Assembly (NCBI GenBank): GCA_963796055.1 | Contig: CAWCKH010000004.1 | Coordinates: 2,272,001 to 2,336,000, forward strand | Direction: 5' to 3' | Length of the DNA: 64,000 nucleotides | Source: an uncultured delta proteobacterium | GTDB lineage: Bacteria > Myxococcota > Myxococcia > Myxococcales > Myxococcaceae | In this document: positions 9,565 through 22,968 of the stretch, in pieces | How positions within the stretch are numbered: the stretch's first letter is position 1 | How the letters are laid out: the number at the start of each line of letters is the position of its first letter | Made by a program: the position numbers and the translations under genes | Notes under the pieces: model-generated | The model's input: the letters and a program-made list of their open reading frames with translations, nothing else | Databases searched by the model: none | What the model was told of the DNA's origin: nothing

Positions 9565-10517
9565 CCGGTCCCGAGGCCTTGTTGCTGCCCTCGCTCTTCG
9601 TGTTCGGGCTCCTGGTGGGGAGCTTCCTCAACGTGGTCATCGCCCGGGTGCCGCACGGGCTCTCCATCGTCCGGCCGGGCTCGCGGTGTCCCCGGTGCGG
9701 CCAGGTTCTCTCCTGGTACGAGAACGTCCCGCTCGTCTCGTGGGCGGTGCTCCGCGGTCGCTGCCGGAGCTGCAAGGCGCCTATCTCCATCCGCTACCCG
9801 GCGGTGGAGCTCCTCACCGGACTGCTCTTCCTCGCCGCCGGCTGGGCCTTCGGGCCGACCTGGGAGCTGCTTCGTGGGCTGCTCCTGGTGGGCTTCCTCG
9901 TGCCGCTGGCGCTCATCGACCTCGAGCACTGGATCGTCCCGGTGGGCGTCACAGTGCTCGGGACCGTCGCCGGCCTGGCCAGCGCGCTTCCGCTCGGTCG
10001 CGTCGTGCTCCTGGATTGTGCCATCGGCGCCGCGGCGGGCTTCCTCGTCATCTGGGCCCTGGAGCGCGTGGCCCTGGTGCTGGTGGTGAAGGTCATCCGG
10101 CCGCCGCTCCGGGCGCTCCGGCGCGCGCTGAGCAGGGCGACCGGCGCCGAGCCCCCCGAGCCCGAGCCGGATCCCACCGAGGCGCTCGGCGCCGGGGACA
10201 AGTGGCTCCTGCTGCTCGTGGGCAGCTATCTGGGATGGCGGGCGCTGTTCGGGGTCTTTCTCCTCGGTGCCCTGCAGGGAGCGGTGGTCGGCACGACGCT
10301 CCTCTTGCTCCACGGGCGCGCGGGCTCGGAGCCGCCGGCGCCGGGCTCACCGGCCACCGAGGACGGCTGGGAGCCCGAGGCGACGGCGCTGCCCTTCGGG
10401 CCGTGGATCGCCCTGGCTGCGCTGGAGATCTTCCTTCTGGGGCCGTGGCTGGCCGGGGCCTTTCCTTCTCCCCTGGTGATGCTGGTCACCGGGCAGCCGT
10501 GGGCGCCGCCGCCGTGA
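9561..10517 (+). CDS. pilD: Prepilin peptidase / N-methyltransferase PilD
   Basis: GSFLNVVIARVP, CPRC...CRSC zinc motif, ALIDLEH, GAGD, LPFGPW; GTG start overlaps the previous stop. Confidence 0.95.
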   Translation: MTGPEALLLPSLFVFGLLVGSFLNVVIARVPHGLSIVRPGSRCPRCGQVLSWYENVPLVSWAVLRGRCRSCKAPISIRYPAVELLTGLLFLAAGWAFGPTWELLRGLLLVGFLVPLALIDLEHWIVPVGVTVLGTVAGLASALPLGRVVLLDCAIGAAAGFLVIWALERVALVLVVKVIRPPLRALRRALSRATGAEPPEPEPDPTEALGAGDKWLLLLVGSYLGWRALFGVFLLGALQGAVVGTTLLLLHGRAGSEPPAPGSPATEDGWEPEATALPFGPWIALAALEIFLLGPWLAGAFPSPLVMLVTGQPWAPPP

Positions 10518-11637
10518 AGCTGCGCATCGCGGCCATCGCCTTCCTCCTCGCGGTGCTGGCCACCGGCATCACCTGGCTGTCGTTCCAGCCGGTGGTGCTG
10601 CGCCTGGTGGAGGCGCTGCGGGTGGCGGCGCCGGCCGGGAGCGCCGTCGCGGCACGTGCTGGAGACGGCGCAGGAGTTCCTGCCGCTCTACCTCGGCCTC
10701 GATCTGCTGATCCTGGTGCTGGTGGCCTTCGGCGTCCTCTACTTCACCGTGGTGCGGCCGCTCGGGCGCGGTGGAGCGCGAGATGCAGGGCCTCGAGCGG
10801 CTGGACTGGGCCCCCGAGGAGAGGTCGGGGGGCCCGCTCCTGAGCCGGTTCCAGGCCAGCCTGCGCCGGACCGCGGCCGCGCTCGCTTCCGAGCGCGCGC
10901 TCACCCGCCGCCAGCTGGAGGACCTCGCCGCGGCCAACGAGCGGCTCACCCGGGCGCAGGCCGGCCTGGTGGCCAGCGAGCGGCTGGCGACCGTGGGCCG
11001 GCTGGCGGCGGGCGTGGCACACGAGATCGGCAACCCGCTCTCGGGCGTCCTGGGCTGGCTGAGCGTGGCCCAGACGCGGAGCGCCGCGGACCCCGAGCTC
11101 TCCGGCTACCTCCGCGAGATGGAGGCCGAGGTGCGGCGCATCGATGGCATCGTCCGGAGCCTCCTGGACCTGGGCCGCCCGGTCCGCACCCAGGTCGGCC
11201 CGGTGTCGGTCGCCGAGCTGGTGCGGACCGCGGCGCGGCTGGTGGGCTCGGGCCCCGAGTTCCGGGAGGTCACGGTGGAGACCGACATCGACCCGGGGCT
11301 GGTCGCCCTGGCCGACCCCGGGCCGCTGAGCCAGGTGGTCATCAACCTCCTGATCAACGCCGCGCAGGCCATCGGTGGCCCCGGGACCATCCGGGTGCTG
11401 GGTGCGGCGGAGGGTGGGCGGGTGCGCATCGACGTCCTGGACTCCGGTCCAGGGGTCCCGCCCGAGCTGCGGGAGCGCATCTTCGAGCCGTTCTTCACCA
11501 CCAAGTCGGGCGGGAAGGGCACCGGCCTGGGTCTCGCGGTGAGCCAGCACCTGATGCGGGTGATGTCGGGAGACATCGCCGTGGGTGAGGCACCGCACGG
11601 CGGAGGAAAATTTACCGTCAGCTTGCCGGCGGCCTGA
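10514..11637 (+). CDS. pilS2: Sensor histidine kinase PilS2 (two apparent frameshifts near 10650 and 10765)
   Basis: Two TM segments, [32 protein letters not shown]; synteny after pilD. Confidence 0.82.
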
Positions 11638-11696
11638 TCCCCGGTTCCGGGACTCGCCTCGGCGCTCCGGCATGGGAGAATGCCGGGCGCACCCCG

Positions 11697-13113
<1,417 letters not shown>

Positions 13114-13256
13114 GGTCGATCTCACCCACCGGCGAGGGCACACACAGACCCCTCAATGACGCATCAAACAGGGATGTAAGAGCCGAACCCACGAATTGCG
13201 CCCTTCCGCTTTTCGCGGGGATACTCGTCGCTCGCGGTGCAATTCCGGAGGGCGCG

Positions 13257-13484
13257 ATGGCGCGCGGCAAGCGCAACGACGTCCAGCGTCTGCGTGAGGA
13301 ACAGCTGATGTCCAAGGCCGAGCTGGCCCGCCGCGCGGGCGTCTCGGTGCTCACCATCGACCGCGTCGAGCGCGGGGCGGAGTGCCGGGTGGACACCAAA
13401 CGAAAGATCATCCTCGCCCTGGGCTTCCGGGTGGAGGACCGCCGCAAGGTCTTCCCCGAAGGCAACGCGGAAGGAGCCCGGTGA
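13257..13484 (+). CDS. Small Cro/XRE-family helix-turn-helix protein (75 aa)
   Basis: GGAGG RBS; MSKAELARRAGVSVLTIDRVERG is a typical XRE HTH; stop overlaps the pilM start. Confidence 0.8.
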   Translation: MARGKRNDVQRLREEQLMSKAELARRAGVSVLTIDRVERGAECRVDTKRKIILALGFRVEDRRKVFPEGNAEGAR

Positions 13485-14566
13485 TGGCGAAGGGAAAGCT
13501 CGCCATCGGCCTCGACATCGGCTCGACGTCGGTGAAGATGATCCAGCTCAAGGAGACGCGGCGCCGCGGCGAGGTGGTGTACTCGCTGCAGAACTTCGGG
13601 ATGAAGCCACTGCCTCCCGAGGCCATCGTCGACAACGCGCTGATGAACTCCACGGCCATCGTTCAGGCCATCCAGGAGCTGATCGGCGAGCTCCGGATCA
13701 AGCAGAAGGAGACGGCGATCAGCGTCTCCGGTCACTCGGTGATCATCAAGAAGATCCAGATGCCGCAGATGTCCTCCGCGGAGCTGGAGGAGTCCATCCA
13801 GTGGGAGGCGGAGCAGTACATCCCCTTCGACGTCAAGGACGTGAACATCGACACCCAGATCCTCTCCACCGAGGGTTCGGCGGCCACCGGCCAGATGGAC
13901 GTGCTCCTGGTCGCGGCGAAGAAGGACATGATCAACGACTACACCACCGTGGTCAGCGAGGCCGGGCTGCTTCCGGTGGTGGTGGACATCGACTCCTTCG
14001 CGGTCCAGAACATGTTCAGCGCCAACTACGAGACCGCGGACGCGGACACGGTGGTGCTGATCAACGCCGGCGCGTCGGTGGTGAACATCAACATCCTCGA
14101 TCGCGGGGTGACCGTCTTCACCCGCGACGTCACCATCGGCGGAAACCAGTTCACCGAGGAGATCCAGAAGCAGCTCAACGTCTCCTACGAGGAGGCCGAG
14201 GCGCTGAAGATCGGCGGCGGGCGGAGCGAGTCCGACGCGGTGGTGCCCCAGGAGGTCGAGCGGGTGATGGCCGGAGTGGCCGAGCAGGTGGCCGGAGAGA
14301 TCCAGCGCTCGCTGGACTTCTACGCCGGGACCGCGGCCGACACCCGGTTCGCCAAGGTCTACCTCTCGGGTGGGACGGCGAAGATCCCCGCGCTGTTCAA
14401 GACCATCGAGGCCCGGGTGGGCGTCCCGGTGGAGATCGCCAACCCGTTCAAGAACGTGGTCATCGACAGCCGGCGGTTCGATCCAGGCTTCATCATGGAC
14501 GTCGCGCCGATGGCGGCGGTGGCGGTGGGGCTGGCCCTGCGCCGGCCCGGGGACAAGCTGACGTGA
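13484..14566 (+). CDS. pilM: Type IV pilus assembly protein PilM
   Basis: AIGLDIGSTSVK, WEAEQYIPF, VLLVAAKK, EIQRSLDFY, AVAVGLALR. Confidence 0.96.
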   Translation: MAKGKLAIGLDIGSTSVKMIQLKETRRRGEVVYSLQNFGMKPLPPEAIVDNALMNSTAIVQAIQELIGELRIKQKETAISVSGHSVIIKKIQMPQMSSAELEESIQWEAEQYIPFDVKDVNIDTQILSTEGSAATGQMDVLLVAAKKDMINDYTTVVSEAGLLPVVVDIDSFAVQNMFSANYETADADTVVLINAGASVVNINILDRGVTVFTRDVTIGGNQFTEEIQKQLNVSYEEAEALKIGGGRSESDAVVPQEVERVMAGVAEQVAGEIQRSLDFYAGTAADTRFAKVYLSGGTAKIPALFKTIEARVGVPVEIANPFKNVVIDSRRFDPGFIMDVAPMAAVAVGLALRRPGDKLT

Positions 14567-14579
14567 GGAGGGTGCGGCG

Positions 14580-15261
14580 ATGATGATCCACATCAACCTC
14601 CTCCCCGTCCGGCAGGAGAAGAAGCGCGAGGTCGGGCGGCAATTCCTGGTCGCCGTCGGCGGGGCCCTGTTCGTCACCCTGCTCGGCAACTGGCTCTGGT
14701 ACGACGGGCTGGCCTCCGAGGAGAAGAAGAACGCCCAGCGGATGGCCGCCACCCAGGCCCGCATCGCCGAGCTGGAGAAGGTCATCGGCGAGGTGGACAA
14801 GATCAACGCCCGGAAGAAGGACGTCCAGGCGAAGCTGGCGATCCTCGCCGACCTCCGCAAGCAGCGCACCGGCCCGGTGCGGATGCTGGACGCGCTGTCC
14901 ACCGCCATCCCCAAGAAAGTCTGGCTCACCGGCTTCGAGGAGAAGTCGAGCGCGGTGAAGATGACCGGGCGCGCCGCCAGTCACGAGGACGTGGCCGAGT
15001 TCATGCGCGGGCTGCAGAGCATCGTCTGGACTCCGCGGGGGATGGGGCGGCTCGTCGAGCAGCGGCGCGACGCGGCCACCGCCCGGGTCGAGCTGGTGGG
15101 TGGCGAGGGCGCGGTGGAGGACTTCCCCACCAAGTCCATCGCCAACTTCTTCACCCGGGTCGATCTGAAGAGGGCCGAGTCGAAGACGGCCGGAAGCGGA
15201 GCCGCCGCCGGCGCGCATCGTCGAGTTCGAGATCAACATGAACTCGAACTACGCCATCTAG
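14580..15261 (+). CDS. pilN: PilN (apparent frameshift near 15215)
   Basis: INLLP motif, TM, coiled coil; +1 frame gives RIVEFEINMNSNYAI-stop just before pilO. Confidence 0.9.
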
Positions 15262-15268
15262 GACCACC

Positions 15269-15874
15269 ATGGACGAGATCATCGACAAGGTCCTGAAGGC
15301 GCCTCCCCTGCAGCGGTGGGGCGGGCTGGCCGGCATCCTGGTGCTGCTCACCATCGCCAACTTCTTCCTGATGGTGCGCCCGGAGCTGGACGCCCTCGAG
15401 CGGCAGGCGTCGCAGCAGCGACAGCTCGACTCGCAGCTTCAGGAAAAGTCCGAGATCGCCCAGAACCTCAACGAGCGGCGCCGGGAGATGGACGTCCTCC
15501 AGCAGAAGCTGGACGAGGCTCTCTCCGAGCTGCCCGAGGCGGCAGACCTGGACGAGCTGCTGGCACAGCTGAACGAGATCGGCCGAAAGAGCGGACTGGA
15601 GATCTCCACGGTCGAGCCCGCGCCCGAGGAACCGGCGCAGATCTACGTGAAGATCCCGATCAAGATGGCGCTCACCGGCAACTACCACGAGATCGCCATG
15701 TTCCTGCAGTCGCTCTCGAACCTGCGGCGCATCGTCAACGTGAACAACATCCAGCTCGGGTCGCCCACGCTGAAGTCGGAGAAGGTCGTCCTCAGCACTT
15801 CCTTCGTGGCCACCACCTTCCGCTTCCTTGACCCCAAGGCTGCGGGCGACAAGAAGAAGGCGACTCCCCGATGA
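15269..15874 (+). CDS. pilO: PilO
   Basis: TM plus coiled coil, LPEAADLDELL, GNYHEIAMF, LRRIVNV, ATTFRF. Confidence 0.93.
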   Translation: MDEIIDKVLKAPPLQRWGGLAGILVLLTIANFFLMVRPELDALERQASQQRQLDSQLQEKSEIAQNLNERRREMDVLQQKLDEALSELPEAADLDELLAQLNEIGRKSGLEISTVEPAPEEPAQIYVKIPIKMALTGNYHEIAMFLQSLSNLRRIVNVNNIQLGSPTLKSEKVVLSTSFVATTFRFLDPKAAGDKKKATPR

Positions 15875-16431
15875 GCTCGCGCGCCACGCTTCCACTGGGC
15901 TGCGCGCTGGGGCTCCTGGCCCTGGCAGCGGCGTGCGGCGGAACCTCCTCGGCTCCTCCTCCTGCTGCTCAGGCCGGCGCCAAGGCCGCGGTCGCCAAGC
16001 CGCCTCCGCCCCAGGAAGCCGTGGCACCGGGCGCGCCGGTCTACGTGTACAACCCGGTCGGGAAGCGGGATCCCTTCCGCAGCCCCGAGAGCGAGCCCGC
16101 GGCGCAAGCGGCCCTGGCCAACACCGCCTGCACCGAGCCGCTGTGCCGGTTCGACCTGGACCAGCTCACGCTGGTGGCGGTGGTGAGCGGCGATGCGAAC
16201 CCCCTGGCGATGGTCCAGGACCCACAGGGCCGAGGGTACTTCGTGCGCCGCAACACCCGCGTGGGGCGGCAGGGCGGGAAGGTCACGCAGATCATGAGCG
16301 ACGCAGTGGTGGTCACCGAGTACTTCACCACCCCCGACGGCAAGACGACCGCCAACCCGGTCACCCTGGCCATCAAGTCCGAGAAGATCCCCGAGCAGGA
16401 GACCGACCTGGCGACGGGGAAGACCTATTGA
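15871..16431 (+). CDS. pilP: PilP lipoprotein
   Basis: Lipobox LAAAC, YNPVGKRDPF, EPLCRFDLDQLTLVAV. Confidence 0.92.
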   Translation: MSSRATLPLGCALGLLALAAACGGTSSAPPPAAQAGAKAAVAKPPPPQEAVAPGAPVYVYNPVGKRDPFRSPESEPAAQAALANTACTEPLCRFDLDQLTLVAVVSGDANPLAMVQDPQGRGYFVRRNTRVGRQGGKVTQIMSDAVVVTEYFTTPDGKTTANPVTLAIKSEKIPEQETDLATGKTY

Positions 16432-16450
16432 GGCCCGAGCGGAGAGCCCT

Positions 16451-19173
16451 GTGATGCGCACCCAGAGCGCAGTGACCCTGATCGGCTGGCTGGCGGTGAC
16501 CACCGCAGTGCCATCCGTTGCCGCCGAGCCCAACGTGCTCCGTGAGGTGCGGCTGGAGGCCACCTCCTCCGGGGCACGGGTGGTGGTGACCGGCAGCCGC
16601 CCGCCCGTCTTCACCGTCTTCCGGCTCGGGGGCCCGGACCGGCTGGTGGTGGACGTGACCTCGGCGGACGCGACCGCCGTCCGTGGTGCCCGCGAGGGGC
16701 GCGGGCCCATCGGCGGCATCAACGTGTCGCAGTTCACCGATTCCTCCAGCAGCGTGGGCCGCGTGCTGGTCACGCTCCGGGAGGCGAAGAGCTACGACGT
16801 CAAGGCGGAGGGAAACGTCTTGCTGATCTCCGTCCTCGGACAGGGCGCGGCGTCCGCCCCCCTTGCCGGGACGGCGCCGCCGCCCGCGCCGGCAGGAGCT
16901 GCAACGCCGGTACCGGCTGCCGCAGTGGCACCGGGGGCGTCCAGCCCGCCTCCGGCCGGCAACGGCGCGGACGTGGTCTCGGTCGCTCGCGAGTCCCGCC
17001 AGGTGAAGAGCCCGGCCCGGCGACTCACCGCGATGCGGGCCCAGGGAGACTCCCTCCAGCTCTCGTTCGACGGCGAGGTTCGCGGCTACGAGCTGCTCCG
17101 GCTCACCCAGCCGAACCGCCTGGCGCTGGACGTGACCGGGGTGAAGCTCTCCACTCCGGTCCGCAAGGCGGCCGGTGGACCGTTCTCCACGCTCCGAGCC
17201 GGGTCCCACCCGGACAAGGTGCGGCTGGTGGTCGAGGCCGATGCCGTGCTCGAGGGGCGGGTGAGCTTCACCCGGAACGGGCTCCGCTGGACCGTCTCCG
17301 TCCCGTCCCCCTCCGCCGTCGCCGCCGTGTCCGCGCCCGCCGCCGCGCCAGGGCACGCCAAGACCGATCTCCAGGACGGCGAGGTGGAGATCGACGGGCG
17401 CCGGGTGGTCACTGCCCCCGGGCCGACCCAGAGCGTGGCGGAGATGCTCGATCTGGGCTTCGTCGAGTCGTCACGAGGGGGCCGGATCCAGATCAAGCTC
17501 AGCCGCGCCGCCCAGTTCCAGGTGGAGCGCCCGGACGACCGCGGGGCGATCCTGCTCCTCAGCGGCGTGAAGCTCCCCAAGCGCCTCGAGCGCAGCCTGG
17601 ACACCTCGGCGCTGGAGACGCCGATCAAGATGATCAGCACCTTCGCGGTCCCGGGCGATGCCCAGCGGGTGCGGGTGGTGGTCGCCGCCGATGGGGCGCT
17701 CAACGAGCGCGCGGAGCGCACCGCCGACGGTCTGGTCTGGTACCTGGAGGCCAAGGGAACCAAGACCGAGGAGGTCGCGGTCTCCAACCGGTCGGCGGGC
17801 TTCACCACCGAGCCCTCGGTGGTGGCCGCGCAGACCGCCACCGGCCGCACCCGCTACGTGGGCAAGAAGGTCTCCTTCGAGTTCAAGGACATCGACATCC
17901 ACAACCTGCTCCGGGTCATCGCCGAGGTGAGCAAGAAGAACATCGTGGTCGCCGACGACGTGACCGGGAAGATCACCATCCGTCTCCGGAACGTCCCCTG
18001 GGACCAGGCGCTGGACATCATCCTGTCGAGCAAGGGCCTGGGGAAGGAGGAGGTCGGTGACATCATCCGGGTGGCGCCGCTGAAGACGCTGGAGGAGGAG
18101 GCCCGCTCGCGCGAGGAGCGCAAGAAGGCCCTGCGCCGCCAGGAGGACCTGGTGGTGCAGCTGATCCCCGTCAACTACGCCGCAGCCAGCGAAATGTCCT
18201 CCCGGGTGAAGGACGTGCTCAGCGAGCGTGGCACGGTTGCGGTGGACTCGCGCACCAACACCCTGGTGGTCCGGGACATCGGGAGCAACATCGGGAAGGC
18301 GCGGGCGCTGGTCGAGAAGCTCGACACCATCACCCCTCAGGTTCTCATCGAGAGCCGGATCGTCGAGGCCAGCACCAGCTTCTCGCGATCGATCGGTGTT
18401 CAGTGGGGCGGCTTCGGACAGGCCGCCCCCGCCACCGGCAACGCCACCGGCCTGAGCTTCCCCAACACCGTCCGGGTGACCGGCGGCTCGGACCTCGGCA
18501 CGGCGTCGGCCACGGGCGTCTCCGGCGCCACCCAACTTCGCGGTCAACCTGCCCGGCCGCGGTGGGCGCCGGTGCCGGCGGTGCGCTCGGGCTCACCTTC
18601 GGTTCGGCGAACGGGGCGTTGAATCTGAATCTCCGGCTCTCGGCGGCGGAGAGCAACGGCACGATCAAGACCATCAGCGCGCCCAAGGTCACCACCTTGC
18701 AGAACCAGAAGGCCACCATCAGCCAGGGCGTGTCCATTCCCTTCAGCCAGGTGTCCGCGCAGGGCGTGAACACCACCTTCGTCGAGGCCCGGCTCCAGCT
18801 CGACGTCACGCCGCACATCACCTCGGACGGCAGCGTGCTGATGGCGATCAAGGCGACCAACAACCAGCCCGACCCGTCCAATACCGGCGCCAATGGTCAG
18901 CCCGCCATCCAGAAGAAGGAGGCGGAGACCCAGGTCCTGGTGAAGGATGGCGACACGACCGTCATCGGCGGCATCTACGTCCGGCGCGGCTCGACCAACG
19001 AGGCCGGTGTCCCCTGGCTGATGAAGATCCCCATCCTGGGCTTCTTCTTCAAGACCAACACCGTCTCGGAGAACCGGCAGGAGCTGCTGATCTTCATCAC
19101 CCCGCGCATCGTGACCCAAGCGGGGGCCCGCCCGGTCGCGTCGGCGAGCGCCGCCCCTGGAGGCAACCCATGA
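16451..19173 (+). CDS. pilQ: Secretin PilQ with AMIN domains (two apparent frameshifts at 18530-18560)
   Basis: AMIN-like repeats (PDRLVVD, PNRLALD), NVPWDQALD, QVLIESRIVEA, VKDGDTTVIGG, ELLIFITPRIV. Confidence 0.95.
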
Positions 19174-19867
19174 GTCGTCGAATGGCTGTCCCGCCGCTTC
19201 TGCTGGCGGTCTCGGCCGGCCTGCTGCTCTCAGGCTGCTCGGCCGATCCACTGAACATCATCATCCTCAACGCCCGAGCGCCGGGGGACAAGTGCGACTT
19301 CAATGACGCCACGCTGTACACGATGCGTGGAACCCTCGACTTCCGCCCATGGCAGGATGCGGGTGGCAACACCGGGGTCAGCGAGCTACTACTTCCAGCA
19401 ATTCTCCTGGGAGAACCAGCTCCAGGCGCAGCCCATCACCGTGAACGGTCAGGTGGTCGATCCGGGCGGCGGCAACGATTTCATCGCCGACACCATCGTC
19501 TACGAGTACCAGTACTCGGATCCGAACGTCGCCCTCGCCTCGGAGACCCAGAACGTCCGGGCGGTCATCGGCGCGGGAGGGACGGCCGGACAAGAACCGG
19601 ATGAACGCCGACCTGATCCAGCCCCAGGCCGCCGCGGCCCTGAATGGCTCGCTGGGGCCCGCCGGGCAAACGCTCTTGGTCACCTTCCAGGTCTTCGGGA
19701 AGGTGGCCTCCGGCAGCTCCAAGCACAGCAACCAGGTCTCGTTCCCGCTGACCGTCTACAAGAGCGACACCACCACGCTGGTCTGTCCCACCGGGACCAT
19801 CCTCGCCACGGGACCTTGCAACGTGCCTGGGCGTGACGCACCGGTGCAGTGCATCCCGTCTTCATAG
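19170..19867 (+). CDS. Hypothetical lipoprotein downstream of pilQ (two apparent frameshifts)
   Basis: Lipobox LLSGC; coding-like sequence continues over three successive +1 frames; Cys-rich C-terminus. Confidence 0.65.
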
Positions 19868-19879
19868 CCTCCGCGCACG

Positions 19880-20242
19880 ATGGCCTTCCTTCCCCTCCTC
19901 GAGGAAGTGGTCCGCTCGGTGGACGGGGCCCTGGCCTGCTCGGTCATGGGCTTCGACGGCATCGCGGTGGAGAACTTCCAGGTGGACGGCGCCTCGGACC
20001 TGGACGTGCAGTCCACTCTGATCGAGTACGCGGCGGTGCTCGGGCAGGTGAAGAACGCCGCCCAGCTGCTCAAGACCGGAGCAGTCAACGAGGTGAGCAT
20101 CAACTCCGACCAGGTGCTGACCGTCATGCGCCTGGTCACCGACGAGTACTTCGTCGTCCTCGCCCTCAAGGCCTCCGGCAACTACGGCAAGGGCCGGTAC
20201 GCGCTGCGGATCGCCGCACCGCGCATCCGCGCCGAGCTGTAG
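19880..20242 (+). CDS. mglC: Roadblock/LC7 polarity protein MglC
   Basis: [15 protein letters not shown]...[11 protein letters not shown]...RAEL closely resembles M. xanthus MglC as I recall it; conserved position before efp. Confidence 0.88.
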   Translation: MAFLPLLEEVVRSVDGALACSVMGFDGIAVENFQVDGASDLDVQSTLIEYAAVLGQVKNAAQLLKTGAVNEVSINSDQVLTVMRLVTDEYFVVLALKASGNYGKGRYALRIAAPRIRAEL

Positions 20243-20301
20243 CGCTCCGGGATCTGTAGGCCCTTCCCAGCCGGGCGGCCTCGGGGTAAGGGGCACCGGC
20301 C

Positions 20302-20877
20302 ATGGCCGGTGTCATCGATACGTCCGAGTTCCGCAAGGGCCTGAAGATCGAGGTCGACGGAGAGCCCTTCGAGATCATCGAGTTCCAGCACGTGAAGCCC
20401 GGCAAGGGCTCGGCGTTCGTGCGGACCAGCATCAAAAGTCTCTTGTCCGGCCGGGTGCTGCAGCCCACCTTCAAGAGCGGCGACAAGGTGGGCAAGCCGG
20501 ACATCGAGGAACGGCAGATGCAGTACCTCTACCAGCAGGGCGACGACTATTACTTCATGGACACCCGGAACTACGAGCAGACCTTCCTGGGGGAGAAGGT
20601 GCTCGGCGAGTCGCGCAACTACCTCAAGGAGAACATCGAGGCCTCGGTGCTCTTCTACAATGGCAAGGCGATCGGGGTGTCGCTGCCCAACTCGGTGGAC
20701 CTCCGGGTCACCAAGTGCGACCCGGGCATCCGCGGCGACACGGTGAGCGGCGCCACCAAGCCCGCGGAGCTCGAGACCGGCTACGTGGTCAACGTCCCCC
20801 TGTTCATCAACGAGGGCGACGTGCTGAAGATCGACACCCGCGACGGCAAGTACCTCACCCGCGTGGCCGCCGCCTGA
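20302..20877 (+). CDS. efp: Elongation factor P
   Basis: [28 protein letters not shown]. Confidence 0.97.
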   Translation: MAGVIDTSEFRKGLKIEVDGEPFEIIEFQHVKPGKGSAFVRTSIKSLLSGRVLQPTFKSGDKVGKPDIEERQMQYLYQQGDDYYFMDTRNYEQTFLGEKVLGESRNYLKENIEASVLFYNGKAIGVSLPNSVDLRVTKCDPGIRGDTVSGATKPAELETGYVVNVPLFINEGDVLKIDTRDGKYLTRVAAA

Positions 20878-20879
20878 CC

Positions 20880-21440
<561 letters not shown>

Positions 21441-21445
21441 GCCCG

Positions 21446-22832
<1,387 letters not shown>

Positions 22833-22869
22833 CCCCCCGGACTCTCTGAGGAACGCCTCGGCACGTTCC

Positions 22870-22899
22870 TTGACGGTCGCGCGTCCGCCACGCTACCGT
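22870..22899 (+). promoter_or_regulatory. Candidate sigma70-type promoter for sgmX
   Basis: TTGACG-N18-TACCGT in the accC-sgmX gap. Confidence 0.55.
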
Positions 22900-22968
22900 C
22901 CGAGGTGGAGACTCCCCGGCTTGCCTTGGTCCCGACCCCCCTCGGGACTGCGGCGCCGGTGCGCGTCG

